A stretch of DNA of 64,000 bases from Octopus vulgaris. Taxonomy: Eukaryota. Below, piece after piece: positions 11,780 through 24,657 of the stretch. Numbering within the stretch: the stretch's first letter is position 1; each line of letters begins with the position of its first letter. The notes under the pieces were generated by a model. The model searched no databases and was not told the origin of the DNA. It was given only the letters and a program-made list of their open reading frames with translations. The DNA is taken from positions 48,732,001-48,796,000 of the forward strand of contig OX597818.1 of assembly GCA_951406725.2 (NCBI GenBank). The letters run 5' to 3'. A program made the translations under genes and the position numbers.

Positions 11780-12576
11780 TTTTCTCACTCTCCTTCTCTC
11801 TCTCTCTTTTTCTCACTCTCCTTCTCTCTCTCTCTCTCTCTTTCTCTCTCTCCCTCTCTATCACACACCTTTACCACCACAACCACCACCACCACCACTG
11901 CCACTGCCACTGCCACTACCGCTGATGCCACCTCCACCATCACCAAGCTCATTACTCATAATATAGAATAACTCTGAATATCTCCCCTAGTTATTCCACC
12001 CATGATCCTTATCACTCTCTCTCTCTCTTTCCTTCTCTCCCACTAATATCTCATCTTACTCTTTCCATTCTATTACTCTCCCCACCCCTCCTATCTCCAA
12101 TACTCTTGTGTCTTTTGAGCTCTCTCTCTCTCTCTCTCTCTCTTCTCTGCCTCCCTCTCATAACAATAAATCTGTTCCTCCCAATATACATTAGCATCTC
12201 TCAACACCTTACTTTAAACTTAGCCATTCCTCCTTATCACCCTCTCTTCTATTAAAATGCACCCAATGCACTCTGTAAAGTGACTGGTAAATCAATTGAG
12301 GACAGCACAGGTCAAAGGTTGAGAATAATTTTAGTGCTCCCCCACCATCATGCCTGACTGGCTCCTGTGCTTGTGGTATGTATAAAGCGCCCACTACACT
12401 CTCAGAGTGGTTGGCGTTAGAAAGGGCATCCAGCTGAAAAAAAAACCTTGCCAGATAAGATTAGAGCCTGGTGCAGCCTTCTGGCTTGCCAGTCCTCGGT
12501 CAAACCATCCAACCCATGCCAGCATGAAAAGTGGATGTTGGACGATGATGGTGGTGTTAGATAGCATAAAATATCC

Positions 12577-12960
12577 CATCATCATCATCATCATTGTTCG
12601 ACCGTGGTTGAGACAATGGAATTTACCATGCTACGCCAGACTTCACAGTCCATCATGGCATTACGGAGGTCCTGTTACTGGATGCCTGTATCCCTGGAGA
12701 TTACATCAGGGTAGGAGAGTGTGCGCCCTCTGGTATTGCGAGTAGATAGCTTCCAGAGGAGAAGAATAGAAATTACCTCTTTTTCAGCTCTACAACAATG
12801 TCCAGCAAATTGGACTCTCTTACCTTTCACAAGAGATGACACAGGTGGTAGTTTCCCATATATTTGCATTTTGGTTGGATGGCGCTCCCACGAGAGATTT
12901 TGAGCTCTCATAAGGAGGCGAGTGTAGGTTCCATCCAACCGTCTCTCAAGCTTCTTTGAT
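12577..12960 (-). mobile_element. RTE-clade LINE 3' end
   Basis: ORF 12675-12938 DGTYTRLLMRAQNLSW...RVQFAGHCCR...LLLWK...GRTLSYPDVISRDTG followed by (GAT)n tail. Confidence 0.8.
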
Positions 12961-13313
12961 CACACTGTCATGTCCAATTTTACATGAATCATCATCATCA
13001 ACATCATTTAATGTCCATTTTGTATGCTGGCATGGGTTGGACAGTTTGACTAAGGTATGGAGAGCCACCAGTTGCACTAGGCTCCAATCTTATCTGGCAA
13101 TAATATCTACAGCTGGATGCCCTTCCTAATGCCAACCACTCTGAGAGTGTAGTGGGTGCTTTTTATGTGCAACTGGCACAGGAACCAGTCAGGCAGGCTT
13201 AGCATCAATCACATTTGGATAGTGCTTTTTATGTGCCACCAACACGGGAGCCAATCATGGGGTACTGGCATCAGCCATGTTTGGATGGGGCTTTTTACGT
13301 GTCACCAGTACAT

Positions 13314-13605
13314 TGTGGAGGCACAATGGCCCAGTGGTTAGGGCAGCAGACTCGCAGTCGGAGAATCACGGTTTCAATTCCCAGTGTTTATTGAGCGAAA
13401 ACACCTAAAGCTCCATGAGGCTCCGGCAGGGGGTGGTAACGACCCCTGTTGTACTCTTTCACCCCAACTTTCTCTCACTCTCTTTTCCTGTTTCTTGAGT
13501 AATGCTGCGATGGACTAGCGTCTCGTCCAGCTGAGGGGAACACATATGCCACAGAAACCGGGAAACTGGGCCCATGAGCCTGGCTAGGCTTGAAAAGGGC
13601 ATATA
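13314..13605 (+). mobile_element. tRNA-derived SINE, family D
   Basis: GTGGAGGCRCAATGGCCCAGTGGTTAGGGC...GGTTTCRATTCC head; other copies at ~25127, 38736, 48765(-), 50380(-), 55932. Confidence 0.8.
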
Positions 13606-14054
13606 AATAAATAAGTACAAGAGCCAGTTCGGGGTTAAATACATTTAATCCATAATTCTAAATTCTATTACTGTAACCTTCATTAAGTGGCAAGCCGGCA
13701 GAATTGTTATGACATTGTACAAATTACTCAGTGGCTAACATCGTCTTTTATCCTGTCAGTGTCAATAAAATAAAGTACCAGTTAAGTACTGGAGTTGATG
13801 TAATCAACTAGGCGCTTTCCTTCAAAATTTGCTGGTCTTGTGCCAAACTTTGAAAGAATTATTATTAGCTTTATTAAGGCAGAATCATTGGCATGTCAGA
13901 TAAAGTACTTACCAGTATATTTCCCAATTTTCTATGTTCTGAGTTCAAATTCTTCTGAAGTTGATTATGATCTTCATGATTTTAAGGTCAATAAAATAAA
14001 CAGCACTTGAGACCGGGGATCCTTGTAATTGATTCCTGCTGGTTTTGTACCAAA

Positions 14055-14126
<72 letters not shown>

Positions 14127-14654
14127 GAGTGAGAGAGCAGTGCATGCCATCAAAGTGACACTGGGGTAAAATATATGAAACCCAGTATACCCATCATGAC
14201 TACCTGTCTGATATGGGTACATCAGGCACATGCATCACAACCATGTGTGATAAACAGCGCATGACCTTGCAAGTGGGGCCCAGTTAGAATTTTCTTCTGA
14301 TCGAGTAACCCATCCTGCTCAAAAGGTCCCTGAATAAGGGTTGTTTAAGGATGTTGAACGAAACACCCATGTTTCCAGAGGTGAATAATCCAAACCTCCA
14401 AGAATCCCTCTCAACACATGGCTATGATGCTCCCCCACTACTTCTGCTCGTGATCAGACATGCACATATCGTCAGCCACTAAGGGACATGCTCAACTGGT
14501 TGAGGTCAAACAACTGACAAGCAAATCTGTGGTATTGAGCAGAATATTTGCTGTAGCCCATCGTTTATACCAAGACAAAACAATGTACATGATAACACTT
14601 CCAATCAGTTAAGATCAGAAGCCATGAGAGCCACTGTCTGGTACTGCAGGGCAT
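14127..14654 (-). mobile_element. (TAA)n-associated non-autonomous retroelement
   Basis: ~530-bp unit flanked by (TTA)n on both sides; copies at 26221-26740 and 50877-51248. Confidence 0.75.
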
Positions 14655-14660
14655 TTATTA

Positions 14661-14739
<79 letters not shown>

Positions 14740-14761
14740 CATCATCATCATTATTATTTAC

Positions 14762-15122
14762 TGTCTTTGCACAGCTTCTAATGCTGGAGATGTACTACAG
14801 TGTCAAATGTTCACTACCAGTGTTCCAAGCAGTGCTGTTTTCTGCAAATGCTCCACTCTTATTGCAGCCCCTATTTGTTCTATATACTTCTCAAGATTTT
14901 TACTCACTATTCCCAGGGCTCTAACAATTATTAGTACTACTACCACCTTTTTCATTGACAACTGCTTAACCTCCCAAGCTAACCTGTCATATCTATCGAC
15001 TTTTCTTTCTTCCTTATTGCATACCTCGTTGTCAGCTTGGCATGCTATATCTATGATCCAGCATTGTTTGCTTTCCTTCTCAATTAACACTATGTCTAGC
15101 TTCCTATTCTCTATCTTCTTCT

Positions 15123-15125
<3 letters not shown>
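14762..15125 (-). mobile_element. R4/Dong-like non-LTR element, restriction-like endonuclease 3' fragment
   Basis: CWIIDIAC...KEERKVDRY..LAWEVKQL...ALGIVSKNL...HLQKTALLGT; embedded in (TAA)n. Confidence 0.8.
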
Positions 15126-15187
<62 letters not shown>

Positions 15188-15224
15188 TATTATTATTATC
15201 ATTGTTTATGGTTTCCTTTCATTA

Positions 15225-15530
15225 TAACTTTATTTCAGCTGCCTTAGTACTGGGCATCTTCTGGAGGCCAAGAATAGCAAGGGCACTTTTATTTTGCTAT
15301 GCATGCTAAAATTATCACCACATTTGTTCCATTTTAGATGGATAGTGCTTTCTGTGGTATATGGGCTAAACCCATCAAGGTTATCTTTTGTAGTTCATGG
15401 AGATTAGAGTTACCAGTTACCAGGGAGTTGCTTAATATACATCTCAGCTCCCTTCTTTATCATTCCCAATGCACCAATTACTACTAGTATTATCGTAGTA
15501 CTACATTTCCACATTTTTGTGATTTCATTA
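15225..15530 (-). mobile_element. Second R4/Dong-like 3' fragment
   Basis: EITKMWKCSTTIILVVIGALGMIKKG...LPG...ELQKITLMG. Confidence 0.7.
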
Positions 15531-16402
15531 TTTTTATTGTTGTTGTTGTTGTTGTTGATATTATTGTTCCTGTTGTTATTGTTATGATTATTTTTTCTTC
15601 TTCCAATTTTGCTCCCGTGTCTTGCCGAGTGTCTTCCTGACACTGAAGGCAGAGAAACTCGCTGTATACTTTTGTAGGCCATTAAAATAGACACACCAGA
15701 TTGTTCATTTACAAAATCAAGTTATGTGATAGAAAAAGGGGAGAAAAGAAAAAAGAAAAAAAATAGAGAATAGAAAAACAGAAAAAATGAAAGAAAAAAA
15801 GAAAACAAAAAAGGGGGAAAAAGGAAAGCAATTCACAGCAACAATGCACTTCTCAATATGTGTGAAGTTATAGTTAAAATAATCTTTTGCACTTCATACT
15901 TAGATGGTAAGCCAGGGACCATTCTCAAATAATTTTCAGTTCCTTTTTAGATCATTCCAAGTGCTCCTACAATTACTGGTATTGTAACTGTCTTGAGATA
16001 CCACATTATTATTACTAAGGAAGATGAGGTTAGAGAGGAGAGAGCTGTCTGATAGCAAGTTTTCTGAAAGGTGGGTGAATTGTGCAAGAATGGCCAGTAC
16101 AAATGGACTAATTCTGAGGTTTCGCCTGTAATTGAAAAACGTATTATAAAAGGAGAAAGGGGCCTCTACCCCCATTTTGACCAGGCTCCTGTGGCTTTTA
16201 TGGGTTTTTCCACGTGAGACCTTTTTCTTTTTTCAAAGCATCTCCTCTATTGGGAGTTTTGTAAATTGTTGAATTTTTTTCATTGTTAAACTGATTTTTA
16301 ACTCGATTTCTTCACAAACGGACAAAACCCTTTGTAACCTTTCGTCCTGTTTTGTCCCTATATGTAATAATTAATTTTTGTCAGCCCTTTGTAGCCAATA
16401 AA

Positions 16403-17305
16403 AGAATTAATTATTATTATTATGATGTACCAGCATTACTTGGTACAGCTCTATGTTGCTGGGGTATGTGCAGCATTGTGTGTTCTTTTCTGTTATTAAG
16501 AGTGCACAAAATCTCATATAATAGTGGTTCAACATCATCCTACAAACTTTACTTCTGGCTTGTGAATGGTAAAATGTTACCAACGCCTTACTCTATGCAG
16601 TTACTTGACCTACAAAAAATTTCAGCCAAATCTGGGTTAGTCATGTTTGTGATCATAGGGCTGCTTGCTCAAGGTTGACCTATTTCTTTACTACCCACAA
16701 GGGGCTAAACACTGAGAGGACAAACAAGGACAGACAAACGGATTAAGTCAATTATATCGACCCCAGTGCGTAACTGGTACTTATTTAATCAACCCCGAAA
16801 GGATGAAAGGCAAAGTCGACCTCGGCGGAATTTGAACTCAGAACGTAACAGAATTAATTATTATTATTATGATGTACCAGCATCACCTGGTACATCTCTA
16901 TGTTGCTGGGGTATGTGCAGCGTTGTGTGTTCTTTTCTGTTGTTGAGAGTGCACAAAATTTCATATAATAGTGGTTCAACATCATCCTACAAACTTTACT
17001 TCTGGCTTGTGAATGGTAAAATGTTACCAACGCCTTACTCTATGCAGTTACTTGACCTACAAAAAATTTCAGCCAAATCTGGGTTAGTCATGTTCTTGAT
17101 CATAGGGCTGCTCCATCAAGGTTGACCTATTTCTTTATTACCCACAAGGGGCTAAACACAGAGAGGACAAACGGATTAAGTTGATTATATCAACCCCAGT
17201 GCGTAACTGGTACTTATTTAATTGACCCCGAAAGGATGAAAGGTAAAATCAACCTTAGCGGAATTTGAACTGGCGTGCTAACGTTTCTGCCAGCTCGCCA
17301 CCTTA
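16403..17305. repeat. ~450-bp tandem duplication (unique segment + SINE A)
   Basis: AGAATTAATTATTATTATTATGATGTACCAGCA... at ~16403 and ~16850, near-identical. Confidence 0.9.
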
Positions 17306-17494
17306 AGGTTACTCAGGGTTGACCTTGAAGCTAAACAACAGTAACAACCCAATATGGAAACTTACTTATAACATAGGAGGAGTAATTTAAAATTTAAAAT
17401 AGATATTAATAAGGAATACTTGAATTTAATAAACTGGTAAAAAAAAAACTACAGTATCAGCATATGTTCAAACGCACAGAGCAAATATTATAAC

Positions 17495-17850
17495 AGAAAA
17501 TCGAAATTGATTAACACAATGGAAATTGTAGCAGTGATACCAGTGCCGGTGACACGTACGAGAACCATCCGAACGTGGCTGTTGCCAGCGCCGCCCTGAC
17601 TGGCCTCCGTGCCAGTGGCACGTAAAAAGCATCATCCGATTGTGGCCGTTTGCCAGCCTCGTCTGGCACGTAAAAAGCACCCACTACACTCACGGAGTGG
17701 TTGGCGTTAGGAAGGGCATCAAGCTGTAGAAACACTGCCAGATCAGACTGGGCCTGGTGCAGCCTTCTGGCTTCCCAGACCCCAGTTGAACCGTCCAACC
17801 CATGCTAGCATGGAAAGCGGACGTTAAACGATGATGATGATGATGATGAC
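17495..17850 (+). mobile_element. Repeat family C
   Basis: Tandem GTGCCNNTGGCAC units, conserved body and (GAT)n tail. Confidence 0.85.
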
Positions 17851-17961
17851 ATCTGACTCTAAGTCTCTACATAGGAAAGCACATGTAACATGTTCTAGTG
17901 CAGTACATAACCTGTGTGAACCAAGTTAATGACAAAGTCTGTACATGATGGTTTGATCTCT

Positions 17962-18341
17962 CTTTACTCTTTACTTGTTTCAGTCATTTGACTGCAGCCA
18001 TGCTGGAGCATCACCTTTAGTTGAGCAAATCGACCCCAGGACTTATTCTACTGGTCTCTTTTGCCGAACTGCTAAGTCACGGGGACATAAACACACCAGC
18101 ATCAGTTGTCAAGCAATGTTAGGGGGACAAACACAGACACACAAACCTACACACACACACATATATATACATATATACGGCGGGCTTCTTTCAGTTTCCA
18201 TCTACCAAATCCATTCACAAGGCTTTGGTCGGCCCAAGGCTATAGTAGAAGACACTTGCGCAAGATGCCACGCAGTGGGACTGAACCCAGAGCCATGTGG
18301 TTGGTAAGCAAACTACTTACCACACAGCCACTCCTGCACCT
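17962..18341 (-). mobile_element. SINE family B
   Basis: Reverse-complement match. Confidence 0.8.
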
Positions 18342-18816
18342 GACATGTCAGAAATAGCAGCCAAATCACTCCCAAATCAAACACCTGACAGTTTTTTGTT
18401 TTTAAAAAGCAGGGATATTTGGGAAAATCTAGCCCTAGATGTATTAGCTGGAATAGTTAGAATTGAAGTTACACCTTTGATCAATGTTATGCTGGGTCAG
18501 GTTATTCTGGGGGATAAACAACATTTATTACTAGGAAGAATTAAGAATATAAGAGAAAATTTAACTATAAATGGACACATTGGCAAATCTGTTGTCACTG
18601 GTTGCTTGTCGCTTGAGTTGAGCTGATCAATGAAGATATATTTCATTGGCTGTGTGAATAACTGAAGCAAACCCAGAAGCATTTAACTCAAATATTTATT
18701 GCTGGACATGAAGATATTGATGTTGGCTATTTACAAAGAACAACCTAAATGTTTGAAGACTGAGAAAGAGACAAACTGTTCTGAAATTATAGAAAGTTGC
18801 TGTGTGACAAGATACG

Positions 18817-19048
18817 TATTTCTTCACTGCCCACAAGGGGCTAAACACAGAGAGGACAAACAAGGACAGACAAATGGATTAAGTCGATTATATCGACCCC
18901 AGTGCGTAACTGGTACTTATTTAATCGACCCCGAAAGGATGAAAGGCAAAGTCGACCTTGGCGGAATTTGAACTCAGAACATAGCGGCAGACGAAATACC
19001 GCTAAGCATTTCGCCTGGCGTGCTAATGATTCTGCCAGCTTGCCGCCT
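18817..19048 (-). mobile_element. SINE family A
   Basis: Reverse-complement match. Confidence 0.85.
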
Positions 19049-19259
19049 TTCGTGTGACAGAATACGATTGGCCTAAAAATATTCAAAGTCAACTGCACAA
19101 ATCTCTGTAGTGACAGAGGTTTTGGCTGATTGCCCTTGGCTTTCTGCACTCAAAGCTGCATGCCAAATGGCTTTTATAGAGGACTGGAAAGCAAATTCTA
19201 GAATGTTAGAGAAAACCATGTTATGCCACAGCCTCAGGCTAATTGTTTGGTTAACATAC

Positions 19260-19488
19260 CTATTTCTTTACTACCCACAAGGGGCTAAACACAGAGGAGA
19301 CAAACAAGGACAAACAGATTAAGTCGATTACATCAACCCAAGTGTGTAACTGGTACTTATTTAATCGACCCCGGAAGGATGAAAGGCAAAGTTGACCTCG
19401 ACGGAATTTGAACTCAGAACGTAACAGCAGGTGAAATACGGTTACGCATTTCGCCCGGCGTGCTAACATTTCTGCCAGCTCGCCGCCT
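19260..19488 (-). mobile_element. SINE family A with target-site duplication
   Basis: TTGTTTGGTTAACATACCTAT present on both sides (~19243 and ~19492). Confidence 0.9.
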
Positions 19489-19631
19489 TGGTTGTTTGGT
19501 TAACATACCTATCACATGAATCTATGGTGGTGTGCTTGTGGTGTCTGACTGATTATCTAGCAGTTGAGGTTTCAAATCACTGCTACACTGTAGACAAAAC
19601 CATGGGGCTTGAAATGAAGAATAAAGAGCTG

Positions 19632-19975
19632 TCATCATCATCATCATCATCATCATTGTTTAACGTCCGTTTTCCATGTAGCATGGGTTGGACGGTTCAA
19701 CCAGGGTCTGGGAAGCCAGGAGGCTGCACCAGGCTCCAGTCTGATCTGGCAGTGTTTCTACAGCTGGATGCCCTTCCTAACGCCAACCACTCCATGAGTG
19801 TAGTGGGTGCTTTTTATGTGCCATGGGAGGCTGGCAACAGCCACGATCAGTTGGTGCTTTTTATGTGTCACCGGCACGGAAGCCAGTCAAAGCGGCGCTG
19901 GCATCGGCCACGTATGGATGGTGCTTTTTACATGCCACCGGCACAGGTATCACAACTACAACTTCCATTTGATTT
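19632..19975 (-). mobile_element. Repeat family C
   Basis: Reverse-complement match with (CAT)n on +. Confidence 0.85.
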
Positions 19976-20369
19976 TTTGTAGTTGTGGTACCTGTGTCGG
20001 TGTATGTTTAAAAATTCACTTTTTTAAAAATTTGTAGTGGCATATTTTATCAAAGTACAAGGCACCTTGTCCTTGTATCTATTGTTTTAGTCTTGAGTTA
20101 ATCAATTTTGTATGAATGAAATTTGGTTGACACAAACTGTGTACAAACATATTGTGTATATCAGAAGGCAGAAACATTATTCTCCAGATAGTTTCCTCCC
20201 AGCCTATGTAATGTTAACTTTTTGCATTATATAGAACTGTATTTATATTGTCCAATGTGTCATTTTCTAATTTAAATTAATGAGAGTATTTCATTTCTGT
20301 ATTTGGTTTGCAAGATCCTTTGTGAGCCACACTCCGGCTATCTATCTGCAGCTTTATATAGCTATGGTA

Positions 20370-20958
20370 CAACCTCACCTGGAATTTTCATCACCGGTCT
20401 GGAACCCCTATCTTTGGTTGAACCAATATTAAACGTCTGGAAGCCGTTCAGTGATGTGCAACCAAGAGAATACCCTCCATCAGGCATTTGCCATATTCTG
20501 AATGCCTTACTTCCCTGGGCATGGATACATTGAAACTCCAACATCTGGCAGTTGATTTGGCAGACACCCATAAAATTATTAACCATCTTACAAACAATAA
20601 CTCTGAGCACCTTTTCAAACTCTGCCTGTCTAACACATGTGGACATGTTTACAAAGTCAGAAAACAGCACAGCCTCCATGACTTTTGGAAACATTTTTCA
20701 TGCTAAGAGCTGCTTGAAGTATGGAACAAACTGCCGGTATCAGTTTTTAGTTGTCGGAGCACTGCATCCTTCAAAACGTCCATGCTTCCTGAGATTCGCC
20801 AACACTACACCTGATTCTCTCCCCTCCATACACACGCAAGCATGTATCTGACTCATACACTGTTCACTTCCCAGACATTTCTACATTACTGCATATGCTT
20901 TATATGCATTTTGACAGGTTGTGGTGCACCTGAGCACTGTATACAATTAATTCATTAT
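20370..20958 (+). mobile_element. CR1-group LINE 3' end
   Basis: ATKRIPSIRHLPYSECLTSLGMDTLKLQHL..DL...HKI...TCGH..K...HFF...VWNKLP; its terminal GTTGTGGTGCACCTGAGCACTGTATACAAT recurs at ~25958 and ~50817. Confidence 0.8.
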
Positions 20959-22529
20959 ATATTATTTTATTATTTTGATGTGAATGCATGTGATGGAACA
21001 AATTTTGTTGTGCCCAAGGAGAGTCATTATACCAATGATAGTAATACATGCCCCGGTTCACTTCCATTCCTTTATTATTTGTCAGTTGGTTAAATATCTG
21101 TCTAATTAACGAACTGATTGTTTGTTACACCCTAAACACACCTTATAACTCACACCATAAACCTGTAAATCTACAGCAGACATAAGACATAAAACAAAAC
21201 AATAAAGTCAAAAGCTGAACCTGAGAAGGTCAGCAAAGTCTGTGTAAACACACACACACCCACTAACACACAAACACATATACAGGTGGGCACATAGGTG
21301 TACATTCACAATCACACCCATACATACATGCACATGTACACACACACAAACCTGTTGGTCATCATCCCCCTTACTTCCTCTCCTAAACCACACACACCTA
21401 CATGCACACATACAAGCAACAAGGTGTCACTCAGGTAAACAAGGCCTCCACAATGAACTGGGAAGGAAATTATCGAAAAAAATTTGTAAATCGTAACAAA
21501 AGAACTTTACTCAACAAAAAAAAAAAGAAAGAAAACTGACTGTTAGATTGTTGGATAGATATTTAAGCAATTGACTTATGATAGTGGAGTGGAGTTCAGT
21601 CAGTGTGTGTGCCATTAATATTGGCATAATGACCTTCCCTTGACTCAACAAAAGTCAGTGGGTTTAATCTGAGAGAAATTTGGTTGCTATTTTTAGCAGG
21701 TGGAGCAGCTGCACAGAAGCTCTCCTGCATTGGCTTGAAGTAAACCTGGCAGTAGTAGTTTGATCCCAGATCAGTTCTGATTGAACCGACATGTGATGAA
21801 AGGCATTCCGAGCATGACCATCCTATCTTTTTGTATACCCTTTATTTGAAATGGTAGGGTGTAACTCAAGGTAGATTTGGCTGTTATTTCCAGTGGGTGG
21901 CGTGACCATGTAAAAGTGCACTTGCTGAAAACCAGTACCAACTGACATACTTTGACATGGCAGATAATGTTGTTAAGCAGTAATATAGTAAGCAGAAAAG
22001 ATGACATATTCACCTGTCAAAAAAGACAATCTTCTCTTTCTTGACTCCTTTCTGTCTCTCTCTGTCTCCCCCAATCTCTCTCTCTCTCTGCCTCTTACTG
22101 TTTCTGTTTTATTCCTTCTGAGGGGTGGTGGGTGGAAGAGGAGGTGATGGGTGTCAGTTACTTATATTTCATTACTTCAGAGGAGTGGTTGATGTAAAAG
22201 GCAGTGAGAAGTTAGTAAACAAAAGAATTATTCATTTGATCAAAACATCAGAGGTAGAAAAGCCAGGAAGAAATCACATTTAAGACCTGGCAAAAATCAC
22301 CCAACCCCAAAAGTTCTTTTCACAAACTGAAAATTTAAATAATATACCCACACCTAGGAACAAGAGAAAAAAAACGTAACCAAACACCTCAACCAAAATA
22401 CAAAGCTCACCAGAGGAAATATGTTAATAATAGAACAAATAATAAACAAAAATTAATCTATTTTTTAGGTTAAGGACAGCAAACACTGGAGAAAGAAAAA
22501 GTCCAAGAAGAAAGACCTGTGGAACGGTT

Positions 22530-22759
22530 AGACCCTGTGCCGGTGGCATGTGTAAAAAGATTCGAACGAGGTCATTGCCAGTACCGCCTGACTGGCACAT
22601 AAAAAGCACCCACTACACTCTCGGAGTGGTTGGCATTTGGAAGGGCATCCAGCTGTAGAAACTCTGCCAGATCAAGATTGGAGCCTGGTGTGGCCGTCTG
22701 GTTTGCCAGCCCTCAGTCAAAATCGTCCAACCCATGCTAGCATGGAAAGCGGACGTTAA

Positions 22760-22792
<33 letters not shown>
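22530..22792 (+). mobile_element. Repeat family C
   Basis: Conserved body and (GAT)n tail. Confidence 0.8.
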
Positions 22793-22794
22793 TC

Positions 22795-23172
22795 AAAAAG
22801 AAACATAGTGATGAACTTCGATTATTAATAAAAGGACTAAAATTCACACCTACACCCACATCAGGAATTGGTGGAAGACATCCAAAACGTTTGTCAGAAA
22901 CTACGACTTGTGGAGTTTTTTACTGATAAGAATAATGAGACTGACGAATTCTTGGTGAAAAATAAATCAAAATTTAACCAGCCAAAAGGACGAAATACAC
23001 ATCTAGAACAGTTCATTAATATCCTCTCCAGATTTCCACCGAGGTATAACAACAATGTCAGACCAAACATTTCAGAACTAGAAAAGTCTGCCCTTATACA
23101 TCTTAAAAATGGCAACACAATTGTCATCAAACAAATGAATAAAGTGGGGTAGTTTATAACAATAATGGATAA
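22795..23172 (+). mobile_element. Penelope-like element ORF fragment (pre-RT region)
   Basis: LLIKGLKFTPTP...KLRLVEFF...KSKFNQP...NISELEKSALIHLK....IVIK..NK.G..IIMDK, matching the PLE motifs L.KGL.F.P and IK.ADKG..VI.D. Confidence 0.75.
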
Positions 23173-23359
23173 AGGCTTTGGTTGGCCCGAGGCTATAGTA
23201 GAAGACACTTGCCCAAGGTTCCACGCAGTGGGACTGAACCAAGAACCATGTGGTTCATAAGCAAGCTACTTACCATACATTAAAAATAAGTTTTTTTTAG
23301 TTTATTTGTCAACAAAGTTCATTTGTCACATTTTCTGTGACCTCTTCTGTAACTCTCTC

Positions 23360-23443
23360 TTCCATGTGTTTCCTCTTGCCCTGCCTATTCTGTTTTACAG
23401 AAGGATAAAATGGAATAGGTAGGGTAAGAGGAGATACATGGAA
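23360..23443 (+). other. 38-bp hairpin (32 Watson-Crick + 6 G-U pairs, 8-nt loop)
   Basis: Arms 23360-23397 and 23406-23443 paired by hand; weaker outer arms extend to ~23332-23470. Confidence 0.85.
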
Positions 23444-23731
23444 TGAAGATTCATTGAATAAGTCACAGAATAAAAAAAAAACAGTACTAATAAGCTACAT
23501 GTATATAAATATAAACAAACATTTGCTTTTTTTTTTTTTGCATTGAAATGTGCTTTGTAAGAGATAAATAAGATGATAATTTATTTTTGAGCGCAGATAT
23601 GCTGCTTTGTAAGGGTAATCTACCCAGTATTTCTGTTGTTCTAACAGCGTTTCTGCTTTTGAAAATAAATTATCTTATTTCTATCTTATAATACTAATAA
23701 AATTAAAGTGAGGATCAAATAGTGTGTTTAA

Positions 23732-23950
23732 CCCTTTAGTATTTAAACCAGTCATATCCGGCCAAAATAGCTAATCTGTTTTATGTTCAAACTGACCAGA
23801 TCCAGGCTCTCACACTTACCATACAATGTTATTCTACATTAAGTAATTACACCATCAAGATCTTGAAGATATGAGATAATGCATGATTAATTCAAATCAA
23901 TGGGAATCAATAAGCATAATGTTTGATAGAATAATCTGAACACTAAAGGG
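23732..23950. mobile_element. piggyBac-type MITE
   Basis: TTAA TSDs, CCCTTTAG/CTAAAGGG termini, 219 bp; copies at 34109-34327 and 42921-43141. Confidence 0.9.
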
Positions 23951-24070
23951 TTAATTAGCAAAAGATGACCATCTCCAAGTATAACAATATCTGTTTCAAA
24001 ACACATTTCCACATCCAGAGTCTCGCAAAAGAAACACATAAACTTAAAATAGATGTATAAATGTTGATGA

Positions 24071-24243
24071 TAGGTGTAGGACTGGCTGTGTGGTAAGTAG
24101 CTTGCTTACCAACCACATGGTTCCGGGTTCAGTCTCACTGCGTGGCACCTTGGGCAAGTGTCTTCTACTATAGTCTCGGGCTGACCAGAGCCTTGTGAGT
24201 GGATTTGGTAGACGGAAACTGAAAGAAGCTTGTCGGATATCTG

Positions 24244-24278
<35 letters not shown>

Positions 24279-24505
24279 GTGTGTATATGTTTGTGTGTCT
24301 GTGTTTGTATCCCAACATTGCTTGACAATTGATGCTGGTGTGTTTATGTCCCCGTAACTTAGTGGTTTGGTGAAAGAGACCGATAGAATAAGTATTAGGC
24401 TTACAAAGAATAAGTCCTGGGGTTGATTTGCTCGACTAAAAGGCGGTGCTCCAGCATGGCCACTATCAAATGACTGAAACAAGTAAAAGAGTAAATGAGT
24501 AAAAG
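24071..24505 (+). mobile_element. SINE family B
   Basis: Full-length match. Confidence 0.85.
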
Positions 24506-24582
24506 AGTATATATATATATCCAAACTGTATTTGTGTGTGTATTTATATCAGTGAAGGATATACATGTTACTGGACAATTAC

Positions 24583-24657
24583 AGATAAATAGGTGTGTCG
24601 AACAAAGAGTACCATTTAATATTCTTGACATAAAAGGTGCAGTGAACCGGAGATCGG
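24583..24657 (-). CDS. Tentative downstream exon of the minus-strand gene (RSPVHCTFYVKNIKWYSLFDTPIY)
   Basis: tatttcttataag acceptor, open frame, gtaatt donor (or in-frame TAA just beyond); phase fits exon 28932-29019. Confidence 0.35.

Noticed and set aside
13314-13385. tRNA-like sequences at SINE heads
   Set aside because: Continuous with SINE bodies and lacking complete cloverleafs; not tRNA genes
17540-17690. Repeat-spacer pattern of family C resembling a CRISPR array
   Set aside because: Degenerate units inside a dispersed eukaryotic retroelement; spacers are related to each other; no cas genes
18695-18780. Possible terminal exon (TVCLFLSLQTFRLFFVNSQHQYLHVQQ*) of the minus-strand gene
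   Set aside because: Phase-compatible but short, with no independent support
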